Below, in pieces: positions 11,321 through 23,880 of a stretch of DNA of 64,000 nt. The position numbers and the translations under genes are program-made. Origin of the DNA: Hemiscyllium ocellatum (lineage: Eukaryota). The stretch is taken from assembly GCF_020745735.1 (NCBI RefSeq), contig NC_083430.1, positions 12,018,909 through 12,082,908 on the forward strand, read 5' to 3'. How positions within the stretch are numbered: the first letter of the stretch is position 1; every line of letters begins with the position of its first letter. Below the pieces are notes generated by a model. That model ran no database searches and was not told the origin of the DNA. It was given only the letters and a program-made list of their open reading frames with translations.

Positions 11321-12469
11321 TATGACAATCACAGACTGGCAACTGATGTAGTCAATGAGAAGTGTATGCTCTTTGACGTTGTCAGCCACTATAGCCAGGC
11401 ACAGGAAGGAAATCTTCTCTGGCCGAAAGGATGCATCCTGCAGCCTTCTATGGATTCTGGGAGGTTTGTTTCGGAATGGCCGAAGCAAATAATAATGCTC
11501 AGAATAGGCCTTAATACTGGTGGTGTACTTAAAAAGTCTCTGTCAACTGAGGGAAGTGACTGGAGATGGTTTTTGAAACCCATGGTGGAACAGGAGTACA
11601 GGAATCCATTGTGGGCCCTTTGCTAAAAAGTATACAATTGTGGAGAGAGTGATGGGTAATAAGTATTTAGGGAATACTATTTTATGTAGTTAAAATGTAA
11701 GTCACTTTCCAAAAAGATTACTTTTTGGAAGTAATCAGTAATTTATTTTAATATTTGTTAAAGCAAACTCTGTGACTTGATATTTTGTGTTATCTGTTTG
11801 GAACTCCTTTCAAACAGCATAGATCTTTGTAGGGATTGTAACAGGATGTAATATAAATGCAAGTCTTTATGAAATACTTGATATAAACATTATTGCTTAG
11901 ATTACATGAATTATCTGAGTCAGTCTATTTTCTAGGCACTTCTCAGCACGCATGTCAACAGCTAAACTCCAGTTTAACTTGAATCTAAAACATTGGAGGC
12001 ATATTTCAGGGATTAGTCTTACAAAACTTGATGGAACCCTTTGGTTAATTCATATGGCTACGTTTTTACGCAGTTCAGCGTCAATTCAGAGGAGCAATAA
12101 GAGGCAGTTTTGGTTGAATTGATAACAGGCAGGTGACTAGATCTTTGCAGATGCTGTCATTGGTGTGTAATATAAAACTGAATGAGTATTAGGGCTAAAG
12201 GTTATGGTGGTACTCTGATTAGTCTTTGGACACTCAGCAATGGAAAAGTATCTGAGTGATCCCAATGACTGAGGAAAGCTGCTAGAGAAGGATGCTCCGG
12301 AAGCAATAAAGTATATTGAGAATTAAATGATCTCACTCATTCCAGCCGTAACACTTCCATTATCAAAATGGAGGCTGGGGAACGCAACTCAAATCTTAAA
12401 TTTCATTCCCTGAAATTTACCAAGTGTTGTCACCACCACTTACCTTCCAGTGGTCATTGGATGAGTCCA

Positions 12470-13060
12470 TTACTGGTGACAATGACAGGTAAACTCTGGT
12501 TTAGTTATGCAGCTTTAATTGCAGTTAAATACTCAAACCAAGCGGGAGCTCAGCATTGTCAGCCATCTCTGCTATCCATGACAGTTTAAACAGCACTTCA
12601 CATTTGGTCTCCCTGTCATTTGTCTGATGTGAAATATCAGCCTGTCACTTCCTCAGTGCTGATGTTTTAACATCGCAAGGTAGTACAAAGTGAAAAACGC
12701 AAAACTGATAGATAAAATGACAGCTGGGAGATGGATCGGCCAATCCACTGAAAAGAAAATGATTTTTTTTCCCCTATATGAATACGAGTAATGGCCTTAG
12801 AAAGGTTTCATGCTTTTACCTGTAGGCTATCATGAAATCCCAGCTGCAGCCTAAGGATTGATTTGACTAAAATCAATATAGTGTTGACAGGTCCAGAACT
12901 ATTCATCATAGCCAACAGATAAAGAATGGACTGAGGGAATCAGTGGTCAGGCAAGTCACAAAGACGTAGTGGAGAATAGAACCAAATCCTTTTCTTAATT
13001 GTATTCTGAAATGAGAAGACTCGGACCAGGCCAGTTTTCACTCTGGTACTGACAGTGATA
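12470..13060. promoter_or_regulatory. Candidate enhancer/conserved non-coding element with a TGACAG (Meis/TALE) cluster
   Basis: Seven TGACAG/CTGTCA hexamers (12483, 12579, 12613, 12642, 12718, 12885, 13050) in a stretch with no recognisable repeat. Conservation not tested. Confidence 0.5.
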
Positions 13061-13776
13061 ACTGATGATGTGCAAATATAGCTGAAAGATATTCTTCCTC
13101 CCCATCACCACCATTCCTCTCGAATCGTTTCAGGCCGGATGGTAAAACACAGGCCAAATGTGAAACTCAGAACGCCCAAGAGTGAGGCAATTATGTAATT
13201 TTCAGTCGGGAAATGATGCCCTAAAGGAGCTTTGCTTTTAGTATTTTCATTAATGTGTAATGTTTGAGGGAATATTGCAAATTTGCAAATGAAATAAAGG
13301 AATGTGTAAGTTGAAACTTTTTGATCATGTTTGATTACTCTAAGCAGATCTCAAAACTGCAGAGTGATTGGTCCTGTTATTGCTAAATGATGTTTGACTT
13401 AGGCAGGTGTTGGGTCATCCACGTGGACATATAGTGTTAGCTTTACATGTACTCTGGACTGATGAAGCAGAGACACGCCTTACAATCCCATCACAGGAGC
13501 AGTGGAATCTAAACTTGGTCAATTAAATAATATTGTAATAGGAAGATGAGTCTGACCAATTGTTACCATGGAACCCTCTGAGTGTTGTAGCACCCTATTT
13601 AGATCACTAATGGAAGGGAATAGCTGGTCTGGGTTACGTGAGATAGCAAAGCGATAACAATTGTAATTTTCTCTGAAGCATCCAAAGCATGTTGTAACAA
13701 ATCAGTGTGAAAACCTAAAATAAGGAGTGCACCATTTGGATCCTCTGGGAAAGAGCTAGGCTTTGGATTCAGATGT

Positions 13777-13983
13777 GGTAGGAGAGAAAGTGAGGACTGC
13801 AGATGCTGGAGACCAGAGTTGAAAAGTGTGGTGCTGGAAAAGCACAGCAGGCCAGGCAGCATCGGAGGAGCAGGAGAATCGACGTTTTGGCCATAAGCCC
13901 TTCTTCAGGAATGAGGCTGGTGTGCCAAGCAGGTTGAGATAAAAGGTGGGGGGGGGAAGGTGGATTTTGGGGGGGGGGGGCGC
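13777..13983 (-). mobile_element. 5'-truncated PLE pLTR insertion (single orientation)
   Basis: Matches 440-635 in reverse; 13 bp TSD TGGATTCAGATGT at 13764-13776 and 13984-13996. Confidence 0.9.
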
Positions 13984-14549
13984 TGGATTCAGATGTCACA
14001 GCCATTGATCCAGCCCAGTCTACTCTGCAAAGTCCTCCTCACTAACGTTTGCAAATTTGTACAAATGTTGCGAGCGCTGTTCCACAAACTAGTCCAAAAA
14101 AATCCTGAAAAGGACAGTATCACTTTGAATCACACCTTTAATATATTATCACAGGCTTCTCTATCACTGTGTTGTGCTGTGTTAACAGTGGTATCTAGTC
14201 AGGAAGGAATGGTTCTGGTTGACCCCAGTATTGATTCTGGTCTCCATAAAGTCTCATGGTATCAAATTGATCACAGACAATGAACCCTCCTGTTTGTTAC
14301 TACCTAGCTCCCTCCCTCAGCAGATGTATCAGGAATCCTCCATGTTAAACAGCACTAGGAAGAAGCATTGAAGGTAGCAAGTGTGGTAGGTTCCATTCCT
14401 GACCACTTGGGCTGATTCCTGAAGGATGAATCGACCAGATGGGACTGCAGCAGGTGGTAAATGAATTAACGTGTTAAATACTCTACTTCATCTCATCCTC
14501 ATGAAGCCACCTGTAATGTATATCTTTGTTACTGTTGGTATTGGTAAGA

Positions 14550-15651
14550 TTGACTAGGAGAAAGTGAGGACTGTAAATGCTGGAGATCAGAGTCGAAAAG
14601 TGTGGCACTGGAAAAGCACAGCAGCTCCAAAATTGGAGGATTACCTCAAATTACAACAGGATCTGGACCAGATGAGCCAATGGGCTGAGAAGTGGTAGAT
14701 GGAGTTTAATTCAGATAACTGCGAGGTGCTGCATTTTGGGAAAGCAAATCTTAGCAGGACTTATACAGCCACTGATCCAGCCCAGTCAACGCTACAAAGC
14801 CCTGCTCACTAGCATTTGCAAATTTGTAAGGACCTTTGGGAATGTTGCTGAACATAGAGACCTTGGAGTGCAGGTTCATAGCTCCTTGAAAGTGAAGTCG
14901 CAAGTAGATAGGATAGTGAAGAAGGCGTTTGGTATGCTTTCCTTTATTGGTCAAAGTACTGAGTACAGGAGGTCATGTTGTGGCTGTACAGGACATTGGT
15001 TAGGCCACTGTTGGAATATTGCATGCAATTGTGGTCTCCTTCCTATTGGAAAGATGTTGTGAAACTTGAAAGGGTTCAGTAAAGATTTACAAGGATGTTG
15101 CCAGGGTTGGAGGATTTGAGCTATAGGGAGAAGCTGAACAGGCTGGGGCTGTTTTCCCTGGAGCATCGGAGGCTGAGGGGTGACCTTATAGAAGTTTACA
15201 AAATTATGAGGGGCATAGATAGAATAAATAGATAAAGTCTTTTCCCCGGGGTCTGGGAGTCTAGAACTAGAGGGCATAGGTTTAGGGTGACAGGGGAAAG
15301 ATATAAAAGAGACCTAAGGGGCAACTTTTTCACGCAGAGGGTGGGACATGTATGGAATGAGCTGCCAGAGGATGTGGTGGAGGCTGGTACAATTGCAACA
15401 TTTAAGAGGCATTTTGATGGGTATATGAATAAGAAGGGTTTGGAGGGATATGGGCCAGGTGCTGGCAGGTGGGACTAGATTGGGTTGATATATCTGGTCA
15501 GCATGGACGGGTTGGACCGAAGGGTCTGTTTCCATGCTGTACATCTCTATGAGTCTATGACTCTATGAGGTCAGGCAGCATCCGAGGAGCAGGAGAATCG
15601 ATATATCAGGCATAAACCCTTTGGGCCCTTTCCAGTGCCACACTTTTCAAC
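14550..15651. mobile_element. Fold-back PLE pLTR insertion split by a CR1
   Basis: Left arm 14555-14624 resumes at 15568; short inverted arm about 15629-15651; 10 bp TSD ATTGGTAAGA at 14540-14549 and 15652-15661. Confidence 0.82.
14625..15567 (+). mobile_element. CR1 LINE 3' portion (about 0.94 kb)
   Basis: RDLGVQVHSSLKVKSQVDRIVKKAFGML and RGNFFTQRVGHVWNELP; (CTATGA)-type tail. Confidence 0.9.
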
Positions 15652-15818
15652 ATTGGTAAGAGCAACTAAAGCACTATCCTTGTGCAGATAAAGTCCTATT
15701 TTCATATGTTGTGTTATATCACCATCGCAATAAATAGATTTCAATCAGGACAGATCTGGCAACTCAAAACATGGCGCCCACAAAATGCTGTGAAGAGAAT
15801 TGTATACCATCACAATCT

Positions 15819-16050
15819 TCTAGGAGAAAGTGAGGACTGCAGATGCTGGAGATCAGAACTGAAAATGTGTTGCTGGAAAAGCGCAGCAGGGCAGGCAGCA
15901 TCCAAGGAGCAGGAGAATTGACGTTTCGGGCATGAGCCCTTCTTCAGGGCTTCTTCTCCTGAAGAAGGGCTCGTGCCGAAATGTCGATTCTCCTACTCCT
16001 TGGATGCTGCCTGCCCTGCTGCGCTTTTCCAGCGACATATTTCCAACTTT
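15819..16050. mobile_element. Fold-back PLE pLTR insertion
   Basis: Inverted arms; 11 bp TSD CATCACAATCT at 15808-15818 and 16051-16061. Confidence 0.88.
15918..15948 (-). ncRNA. Minimal hammerhead ribozyme (intact core, minus strand)
   Basis: Reverse complement c-CTGAAGA-a-GGGC-tcat-GCCC-GAAA-C-GTC. Confidence 0.68.
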
Positions 16051-16555
16051 CATCACAATCTGCCATTTCAAAATCTGGCATAATTCTTTGCTTGGCAATT
16101 GCCATGAAAGAAAGGGCTCGACCCAGATTCAATAGGAAATGACTGAAACAACACCAGAGATAACTTAGAATTAAGTGAAGCTACGGCACTGGACTAATGC
16201 ATGTTAAACAGCAGAAAATGCATGTGATGGAGGTAAGTAATGTTATAATCAAAGGAGCAAAGTTCCACAAATCTCATCAGTTAAGAACAAACTGATGGAA
16301 CATTTGTCATTGACAGTTCTGTCAAGTATTAATTCCTGCTCAATGATGCATAGCTTGTGTTCAACCACTTGACTTCAGAACTCATTATATGGACAAAAAA
16401 TGCTGAGCTCCAGAGATGAGATGAAAGTGACTGACCTTGACATCAAGGCAGTATTTGATTGAGAATGGCATCAAGGAACCCCAGAAAAAACTGAAGTCAA
16501 TGAGAATCATGGAGAAATTGCTCTACTCTTTGGAGTCAAATTCAGTACAAAAGGA

Positions 16556-16770
16556 AGTTGAAACAAAAACAGAAATTGCTGGAAAATCTCAGGAACTCTG
16601 GCAGCATCTGCGGAGAGAAAGCCGAGTTAACGTTTCGGAATCAGTGGCCCTTCTTCAGAAGAAATGTCTTTTTGAGGAAGGGTCGTTGAACCTGATATAT
16701 TAACTGTTTTCTCTCCACAGATGCTGCCAGTCCTGTTGAATTTTTCCAGCATCTGCAGTTCTCTTTTTTC
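16556..16770. mobile_element. Fold-back PLE pLTR, second (older) subfamily
   Basis: Inverted arms around CTGAAGAAGGG...CCGAAACGTTAACTC (minus strand); TSD ACAAAAGGA at 16547-16555 and 16771-16779. Confidence 0.75.
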
Positions 16771-16915
16771 ACAAAAGGAGATGGTTGTGGCTGTTGGAGG
16801 TCAGTCATCTCAGCTCCAGGACATCTCTGCAGGAGTTCCTCAGGGTAGTGTCCTGGACCCAATCATCTTCAGCTGCTTCATCAATGACCTTCCCTCCATC
16901 TTAAGATCAGAAGTG

Positions 16916-17090
16916 GAAATAGAAATTGCAAGAAATTCCATAGGTCTGATAACACTTACGGAGAGAGAAACAGAGTTAGTGTCTCAGCTCAGTGACCTTT
17001 CATTTCAATGTTTGAGTAACCTGTTGAATATTCCAGCATTTCCTAATTTATTTCAGATTTCCAGTGTCCACAGCATTTTCCTTTTTTTAT
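16916..17090. mobile_element. Degenerate fold-back pLTR (second subfamily)
   Basis: GGAGAGAGAAACAGAGTTA arm followed by an inverted ...TTTCAGATTTCCAG arm. Confidence 0.5.
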
Positions 17091-18589
17091 ATCAATGATA
17101 GGGGATGCTAAATTGATGGTTGCAGTATTCAGTTCAATTCAGAACTTGTTTGTTAAATATTTTTGCACTGATGGGCTATGCTTTGCAAGTGTCAAAAATC
17201 TGAAAAGTTTCCTGTGTCCATATTGCTTCTATGAAGGCCTACCTGCCTAAGGGTTAATAAAAACCTAGCATTCTGCATTGAGGGCCATATTAAATGAGGA
17301 AGCAAATACTGTGTATACATGCTTGGAAAGTTTACTCATTTACCTCGCCATCCTAAGGAGGTGGGAGATGGGGTTTGCTTTATATCCCACCTCATGGTTA
17401 TTGCAGCCTGTTGGAAATAAAGTGGAGGGTCTGGCCTGAATAGAGAATCCTCTTCTGGTTTTGGACTCATCTATCCTGGGGAAAAGACCTTGCATATTCT
17501 TCCGATCTAAGCCCCTCATGATTTTATAAACCTCTATTAGGTCACTGCTTAAGTTCTGATGCTCCAGGAAAAATAGCCCCAGCCTTTCCAGCCCCTTCAA
17601 TTTGATTTAGTTATTTATGCTTTAATTGAAATATGATAGCTGCGAATGATAGTGAAAATAGTTACGTTACTGAGCTGCTAGGAGTAGGATTTAAAATGAG
17701 CAGAGCCAATTCCCTCTCCTCACGTAGTCATACGAAGTGAAAGATATTGAGGATGTGCAAGATATCTGAATTAGAATACCACAGAGCTGGAGGCTGAAGG
17801 GTGTGAGAGATTTAGGGAAGGGCAACATTCAGGTAGCTAGACATCTCCTCTAGAGTTTCATCCAGTCTGATGTCTTTTACCCTGGACATCTTGCATTAAC
17901 ATAGATCCTGTATGACTATTAAACAAGTGGTTTGTGTTTACCTTGAGAAGGGATTTCTTTGAGTCCGTAACAGCAATAACTCTCATCTCCTACTTGCTTG
18001 CCATGTAAATCCTGTATGTGGCTTGTTCACAGCTCATTATTTTCTATTCTTTCTATCCTTGAAATTCAATAAAGTAAAAATCATTGCAAAAGAAAGTTGA
18101 AAGAAGCTATTGAAAGGCAGAGCAAAGCAAATAAGAGCAGTTTGCTGGTCATTACTGAAACAAATCTTATATCTTTTGGTAATTATTTATTGAGTTAACC
18201 AAATGCTCGTGAAATAATGTGACATGGTTATAAATTAGAGTCAGCCAGATGCAAATATTTAACTTGTGTGAATGCAGAGAACAAGGTATGAATATTCTCA
18301 ATGGAATTAGGCCAGGGATTGGCACTGTAAGTGAAACCAAGATGTGCAATACAAGAATAGATTCTAGCAGTATTAGTAGACAGATAATCTTTTCAAAACA
18401 ACACAGAGAAAGGTTCACATTTCTTTTCTTCTTGTCTCAATCCTTCTACCTTAAATTTATTGCTAGACAAGGAACTGGCCCCGATTTTAACTCCCCCAAC
18501 TTATGGAAAGCATTGAATTGAAGATTTACTGACTCCTTGATCTGAACACCTGCAATCCTGTATTGCCGGTGGAAAGGACACAGACCTTA

Positions 18590-18722
18590 AGGCTAAATTG
18601 CCCGTAGTGTTAGGTGAAGGGGTAAATGTAGGCGTATGGGTCTGGGTGGTATGCGGGTTGGTGTGAACTTGTTGGGCTGAAGGGCCTGTTTCCACACTGT
18701 AAGTAATCTAATCTAATCTAAT
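18590..18722 (+). mobile_element. HE1 SINE 3' fragment
   Basis: GCTAAATTGCCCGTAGTGTTAGG...GGGCCTGTTTCCACACTGTAAG followed by (TAATC)n. Confidence 0.85.
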
Positions 18723-20629
18723 ATGGCGCCACAATGGCATACATTTGGAAGGTAGTTGCCTTGGCTTTCCTCAACACTGACTTTGGATACGATGAGACCT
18801 CATGGTATCTGGTCAACTGAGGGCAAGGAAACACTCTATTTTGTTACTTTTGTTATGAGAGAAGACATTAGCACTGCTGCATCAGTTAGCATTCTCTGGT
18901 GGAGGCAAAATCACATCACAGTAAACAATGGTGATTGCCTTCAAATAATTCCAGGGTCTTGGTGGCAGATATTTGGAAAACTAACAGTAGGCCAACTGGA
19001 CAAGTGCTTTGGATACCAGATAATTTAGACAAAGCAAGATTCTCATTCAGTAGAATCTGTTTCTATGCATACACACAGTTGTGCAAATCTACAGATAGAA
19101 TATTGAACACCAAGACAACAGAGATAACTTCTTTTTAATTGGTTTGTAAGACTTCTCAAGATGCAAGGAATTTCTAAGCTTATCCTACAGTAAAATATAA
19201 AAAAGGCTTAAGTTACAAATGCAAATAGAATTAAAGGATACCAACATACACTGAAACACAGTGAGTGCTCAGCTTCTCTTTCTTTACATGCAAGAAAAGC
19301 ACAGCTAAAAAGAAATATAGTATAACCTCCAAAGGAAATACAGAATAACAAGACTAAAAGTTCTGTATGTTAAAAGGCTTTGCTTTGTGCAGATGTTGGT
19401 CAAATACATTTTCCTTTTCCAAGGTGATAAAACAATAAAAAAAAGTATGACATAATCTCTGCTTTACCACCTCCTACATGTAGAATCCTAATACTAAATA
19501 GGCATCTTCAAATCCTGAAAGGAGAAACAAGGAAAATAAAGGGGAAATAATGGGAAAAATGGATAAAGAAGCAAACCAGTAAAGGAAATAAACAACTATT
19601 GCAATGGGCTTTATGAGACATACCAGTTTTCTCAAAGTTCGAAGTAGTTGTCACCTTTGCAGCCTCCTGGAGAGGATGATCTCCTACTCCTGCAGCCCTC
19701 AGCTATGGCTTTAGCATCAGGCATAGTTATGTCATAGTGTGCCAGGATAGACTGATACTGCAACTTGCTGATCCCAAGGAAACAGAGTAAGGGCTGAAAA
19801 TCTCCTCCTGTGGGACTCAACAGCAATGACCATCCCCTTGAACTGGGTGCTTCACACCAACCTGCTGCTGCTGGCTCTGACCTTCCTGCCTTCTTCACCT
19901 TCTGAAGAAAGCAAACAAAATTGCCAAAGTTCAATCAGTGGATGGATGCAGGATCCTTGCTGGAGTGACCAATGCTGGGAAGAAAAAAGTGAAAAAGATT
20001 TTTAGCTCCAAGATCATAAAGAGATGGCATATCCTGCAAATAACAGATGCATGCACTTCTGTGTACAATGAGTGATGCTGCACCCTGATAACTCAGTCCA
20101 TGAGCTGGGTGGCTGTCATTGTATGTAAAGTGTCCTTGCAGCAGCCTTTCAACCCAGTTGTTGACACATCCTGCAACGCAAGTCTGCACTTCCTAAGTGG
20201 CCAACAAGTGAACCAGAGAGGTGTCATGTTAGTTGTGAGTGCTTTGTAGATGTCAGATGAGGAGCGCCTGTGGCGGGAGCTCATAGATTGTGCCCTGAGT
20301 TGTTGTTTGATGCTGAGTAACATGAGGCCTCTTGCAACCAGCGCTGAGCTGAAGTTGCCAGTTACTCTTCAATATCGAGATTTATCAATGGTTAGCTTTT
20401 TTAGAATGTTTGGTACGTTAGGGAGCTGAGTATTAATGACGTGAGTTGCTGAATCAATAAGTCATTTAACAAACTATAATTTACCTTAACATGCAACTCT
20501 TTGCTGTTTTGCCACTCGAGAAAAGCATAAAAGATGTAGTGAGTTGGTCCTGACGTTGAAGTAGGACTTGCTAGACATTCCATCAAATTATTACCACAAA
20601 TCCCACCATCACCCACATCACTCAGACTC

Positions 20630-21605
20630 ATAAAAAATTCTCTTCACACCTTTTAAGACCCTAGGATGAAGTTCTCTAGCACATGGCAACATATTAGTCT
20701 TTATTTCCAATAATCTTCTCAATACCTTTTCCACGATGATTGTAAATATTTAAAATTCCAACTCCCCTCTCCTTTTACTTTGTGATACACACTCATTTCT
20801 AGGATGTTATTTGTAGCATCTACAGTCAAGACAGATGCAAAATGTTTGTTCAATTCATCTATTGTGTGCTTACTTTCCATTATTAATTAAATGGACTCAC
20901 ATTTAATAGGTCCTGAATGCCATAGAATCTCTTATTATTTATTTTTATGCTTCTAGCCAGCTTTCTTTTCTACTCAAAGTTCTCTCCTACTCTAACTTCT
21001 CCCTCTTTTTTTGTTCAATCATTCTTTGTTGCTTTTTTGTATATTGTCTAATCCCCTGACTTGCCACTAATCTTTGGAGAATTCTTATGCTTTGCCTTTC
21101 AGTTTGAACTAACTTCATTCGTTAGTCATGGATGGCATATCTTTTCTCTAATGTCTCTCTTTTTCACTACTATGTACTTTACTGAGTGTTATGAAATATT
21201 TTCTTTCATTTTATTTCTACTACCTACCTTTTTACCCAATTGCCCAGCCATTTCAAGTCCTCATAATGGTCCTTATTTAAGTTTGAAACACTAGTCTCAG
21301 ACCCATTCTTCTTTCAGTCAAACTCAATGCAAAATTCAATCATGTTATGTTCACTGTCACTGGCACCTTTGCTTTGAGATGATTCATTAGTTTTGTTTCA
21401 TTGCATGCCTTTGTGAGACTCCTAGTTACCTGTCAACTTGAAAATGTCATGTCTGTTCCTGCTCTGTTTTTTGTCAGTTAACTAAACATCTTTCCATATA
21501 TCATTCCCTCTCTTATTCATATACAAAGTTGCCTTTTGCATAGTGTCTTATTGAATGCTATTTTAAATCTAAGTGTACAACTACCGGCTACCATTTATTC
21601 CTACT
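20630..21605 (-). mobile_element. Old CR1 fragments
   Basis: Similar to 7700-8400 (e.g. AAGACAGATGCAAAATGTTTGTTCAATTCATC, TCAAACTCAATGCAAAATTCAATCATGTTATG). Confidence 0.55.
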
Positions 21606-21991
21606 CAAAAAGTATTAAGTGATTCAATTTAGAAGGTTAAATTTGAATGCAGATTACAGGGTTAAAGGCGGGATTCTTGGCAGTGTGGAGGGACAGAAGG
21701 ATCTTGGGTTTCATGTTCATAGATCCCTTAAGTTGCCACTCAAGTTGATAGGTTGATAAGAAGGCGTATGGTATGTTGGCTTTCATTAGCAGGGAGATTA
21801 AATTTAAGAGCCACGATGTTACGCTGCAGCTCTACAGAGCCCTAGTTAGATCACACTTGAAATATTGTATTTAATTCTGATCGCCTCATTATAGGAAAGA
21901 TGTGCAAGCTTTTGAGAGGGTGTAGATGAGATTTACAAGGGTGCTGCCTGGGCTGGAGGGTATGTCTTATGAAGGGAGGTTGAGGGAGCTA

Positions 21992-22284
21992 TGGTGGCAC
22001 AGTGGTTAGCACTGCTGCCTCACAGCGCCAGAGACCTAGGTTCAATTCCCACCTCAGGCAACTGACTGTGTGGAGTTTGCATGTTCTCCCCATGTCTGCG
22101 TGGGTTTCCTCTGGGTGCTCCGGTTTCCTCCCACAGTCACAAAGATGTGTGGGTCAGGTGAATTGGCCATGCTAAATTGCCCGTAGTGTTAGATAAGGGA
22201 TAAATGTAGGGGTGTGGGTGGTGGGTCGGTGTGGACTTGTTGGGCCGAAGGGCCTGTTTCCACATTGTAAGTAATCTAATCTAA
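21992..22284 (+). mobile_element. HE1 SINE
   Basis: A box TGGCACAGTGG, B box GGTTCAATTCC, TAATCTAATCTA tail; AGCTA duplicated at both junctions. Confidence 0.9.
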
Positions 22285-22629
22285 AGCTAGAACTTTTCTC
22301 TTTAGAGCGAAGAAGGGTGAGAGGCGACTTGATAGAGGGCTACAAAATGATGAGAGGCATAGATAGAGTGAATAGTCAGAGACTTTTTCCCAAGGTAGAA
22401 ATATCTACCATAAGGGGGCATAATTTTAAGGTGATTGGAGGAAGGTTTAGGGGAGATGTCGGAGGTCAGTTCTTTACACAGAGAGTTGTGGGCATGTGGA
22501 ATGCACTGCCAGGAGTGGTGGTAGAGTCAGATACATTAGAGACATTTAAGCTACTCTTGGATAGGCACATGGATGATAGAAAAATGAAGAATATGTAGGT
22601 TACTTTGATCTGAGCATAGGATAGAAGGT

Positions 22630-22950
22630 CAGCACTTGGCTCAGTGGTTAGCACTGCTGCCTTATAGTGCCTGGGATCTGGGTTCAATCCCTGTCTCGGG
22701 TGACTGTCTGTGTGGAGTTTGCATATTCTCCCACTGTTAGTGTGGGTTTCCTCCCACAATCCAAAGATTTGCAGGTTAGATGAATTTTCCATGCAATATT
22801 GCCCATCGTGTTCAGAGATGTGTGTGTTAGGTGCATTAGTCGGGGTAAATGTAGAGTGATGGGGAATGGGTGTGGGTGGGACTCTCTTTGGAGAGTTGAT
22901 GTGGACTTGTTGGGCCAAATGGCTTGTTTCCACACTGTAGGGATTGTATG
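22630..22950 (+). mobile_element. HE1 SINE (older subfamily)
   Basis: TGGCTCAGTGGTTAGCACTGCTGCC...GGTTCAATCC...TGTTTCCACACTGTAGGGATT. Confidence 0.85.
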
Positions 22951-23259
22951 CTTCGATGACACCATCAAGGGCCTGTATTATGCTGTACTGTTTTATGTTC
23001 TAAATAAAATAGGGTCTCATGTTCAGTGGTTTAATTAATCTGTGTTTGATAATGTTAATCTGTTAAATGATCTATGTTCACTCTACTTGATTGCTGAAGT
23101 CTAGGTAGAAAGACAGAGCTCTACCTACTTAACACTACATTAAAACCATTGCATCAGAAAGCAGAGCTAACAGCATATGCATAGAAACACTACAGGTGTT
23201 GAAATATTTTAAAGCTCTTTTTTGCTTAAGAATTAGTGTTATCTCTGAATAACTCTGAG

Positions 23260-23880
23260 ATAAATCATATATGTAAGATATTTAAAACTGACGAATGCAG
23301 AGCAATGATTCTCCCTTGGAAATGTTGTGGAGGCAGGGAAGGTAGGTGGCATGAGTAGACTTAAATGCAAGGATGAAAAATGTAAATTTGAAGTACTGAA
23401 GGATTGGCAACCAATGTCAGCCACCCAGCACAGGAGCAATGTGTAATAATGTAATGAAAGATGTGACAGATTGTTGGAAGATCTAAAATTTATAAGAGGT
23501 GGAGAACAGAAAATTAATAAAGAGAGCATTCGAGTAATGAACTTAGGAGTTGCCAATGGCAGGGGTAAGGATTTCATAGCAGTTTGGCTGAGGCAGTGAC
23601 AGAAGAGGAGCTGAAGGTTTGTGATTCCAACAATAAAGAATACATACAATTTATAGGTTAAGCTTGGGCCAAATAGAACTACTCATGTTTGTGACGAGTC
23701 TGATATAACGTAGGTAAATGACTGTCAGGGGAATAGAATTGGTAGTGAGGATACAATGGTTGTGGTAAAGTCGAGCTAAAGGTGCTGGTTTCAGTCATTG
23801 CAATCTGCTTGGGAGAGGAATGGGTTAACGTTTTAGAGGTCCAAGTGGATTCTGTTTGCTCATTACTTATTGAGAGGAGC
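23260..23880 (-). mobile_element. Probable ancient L2 LINE fragment (similar relic at about 37425-37865)
   Basis: Purine-rich plus strand with degenerate L2-like blocks; recognition only. Confidence 0.4.

Larger units (their letters stand above)
13997..16915 (+). mobile_element. Old CR1/L2-group LINE ORF2 relic, fragmented by several younger insertions
   Basis: RT motif ...QDISAGVPQGSVLDPIIFSCFINDLPS at about 16815-16900; LDIK-like motif near 16437; endonuclease-like relic at 14000-14500. Confidence 0.6.
21630..23000 (+). mobile_element. CR1 3' portion with two HE1 insertions
   Basis: RGDLIEGYKMMRGIDRVNSQRLFP...FFTQRVVGMWNALP; same subfamily as 55590-57520. Confidence 0.85.

Noticed and set aside
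19632-20400. Coding exons or a MADF-like domain on the minus strand
   Set aside because: Only a vague resemblance (YLQDMPSLYDLG), with stops between ORFs; cannot be supported without a search.
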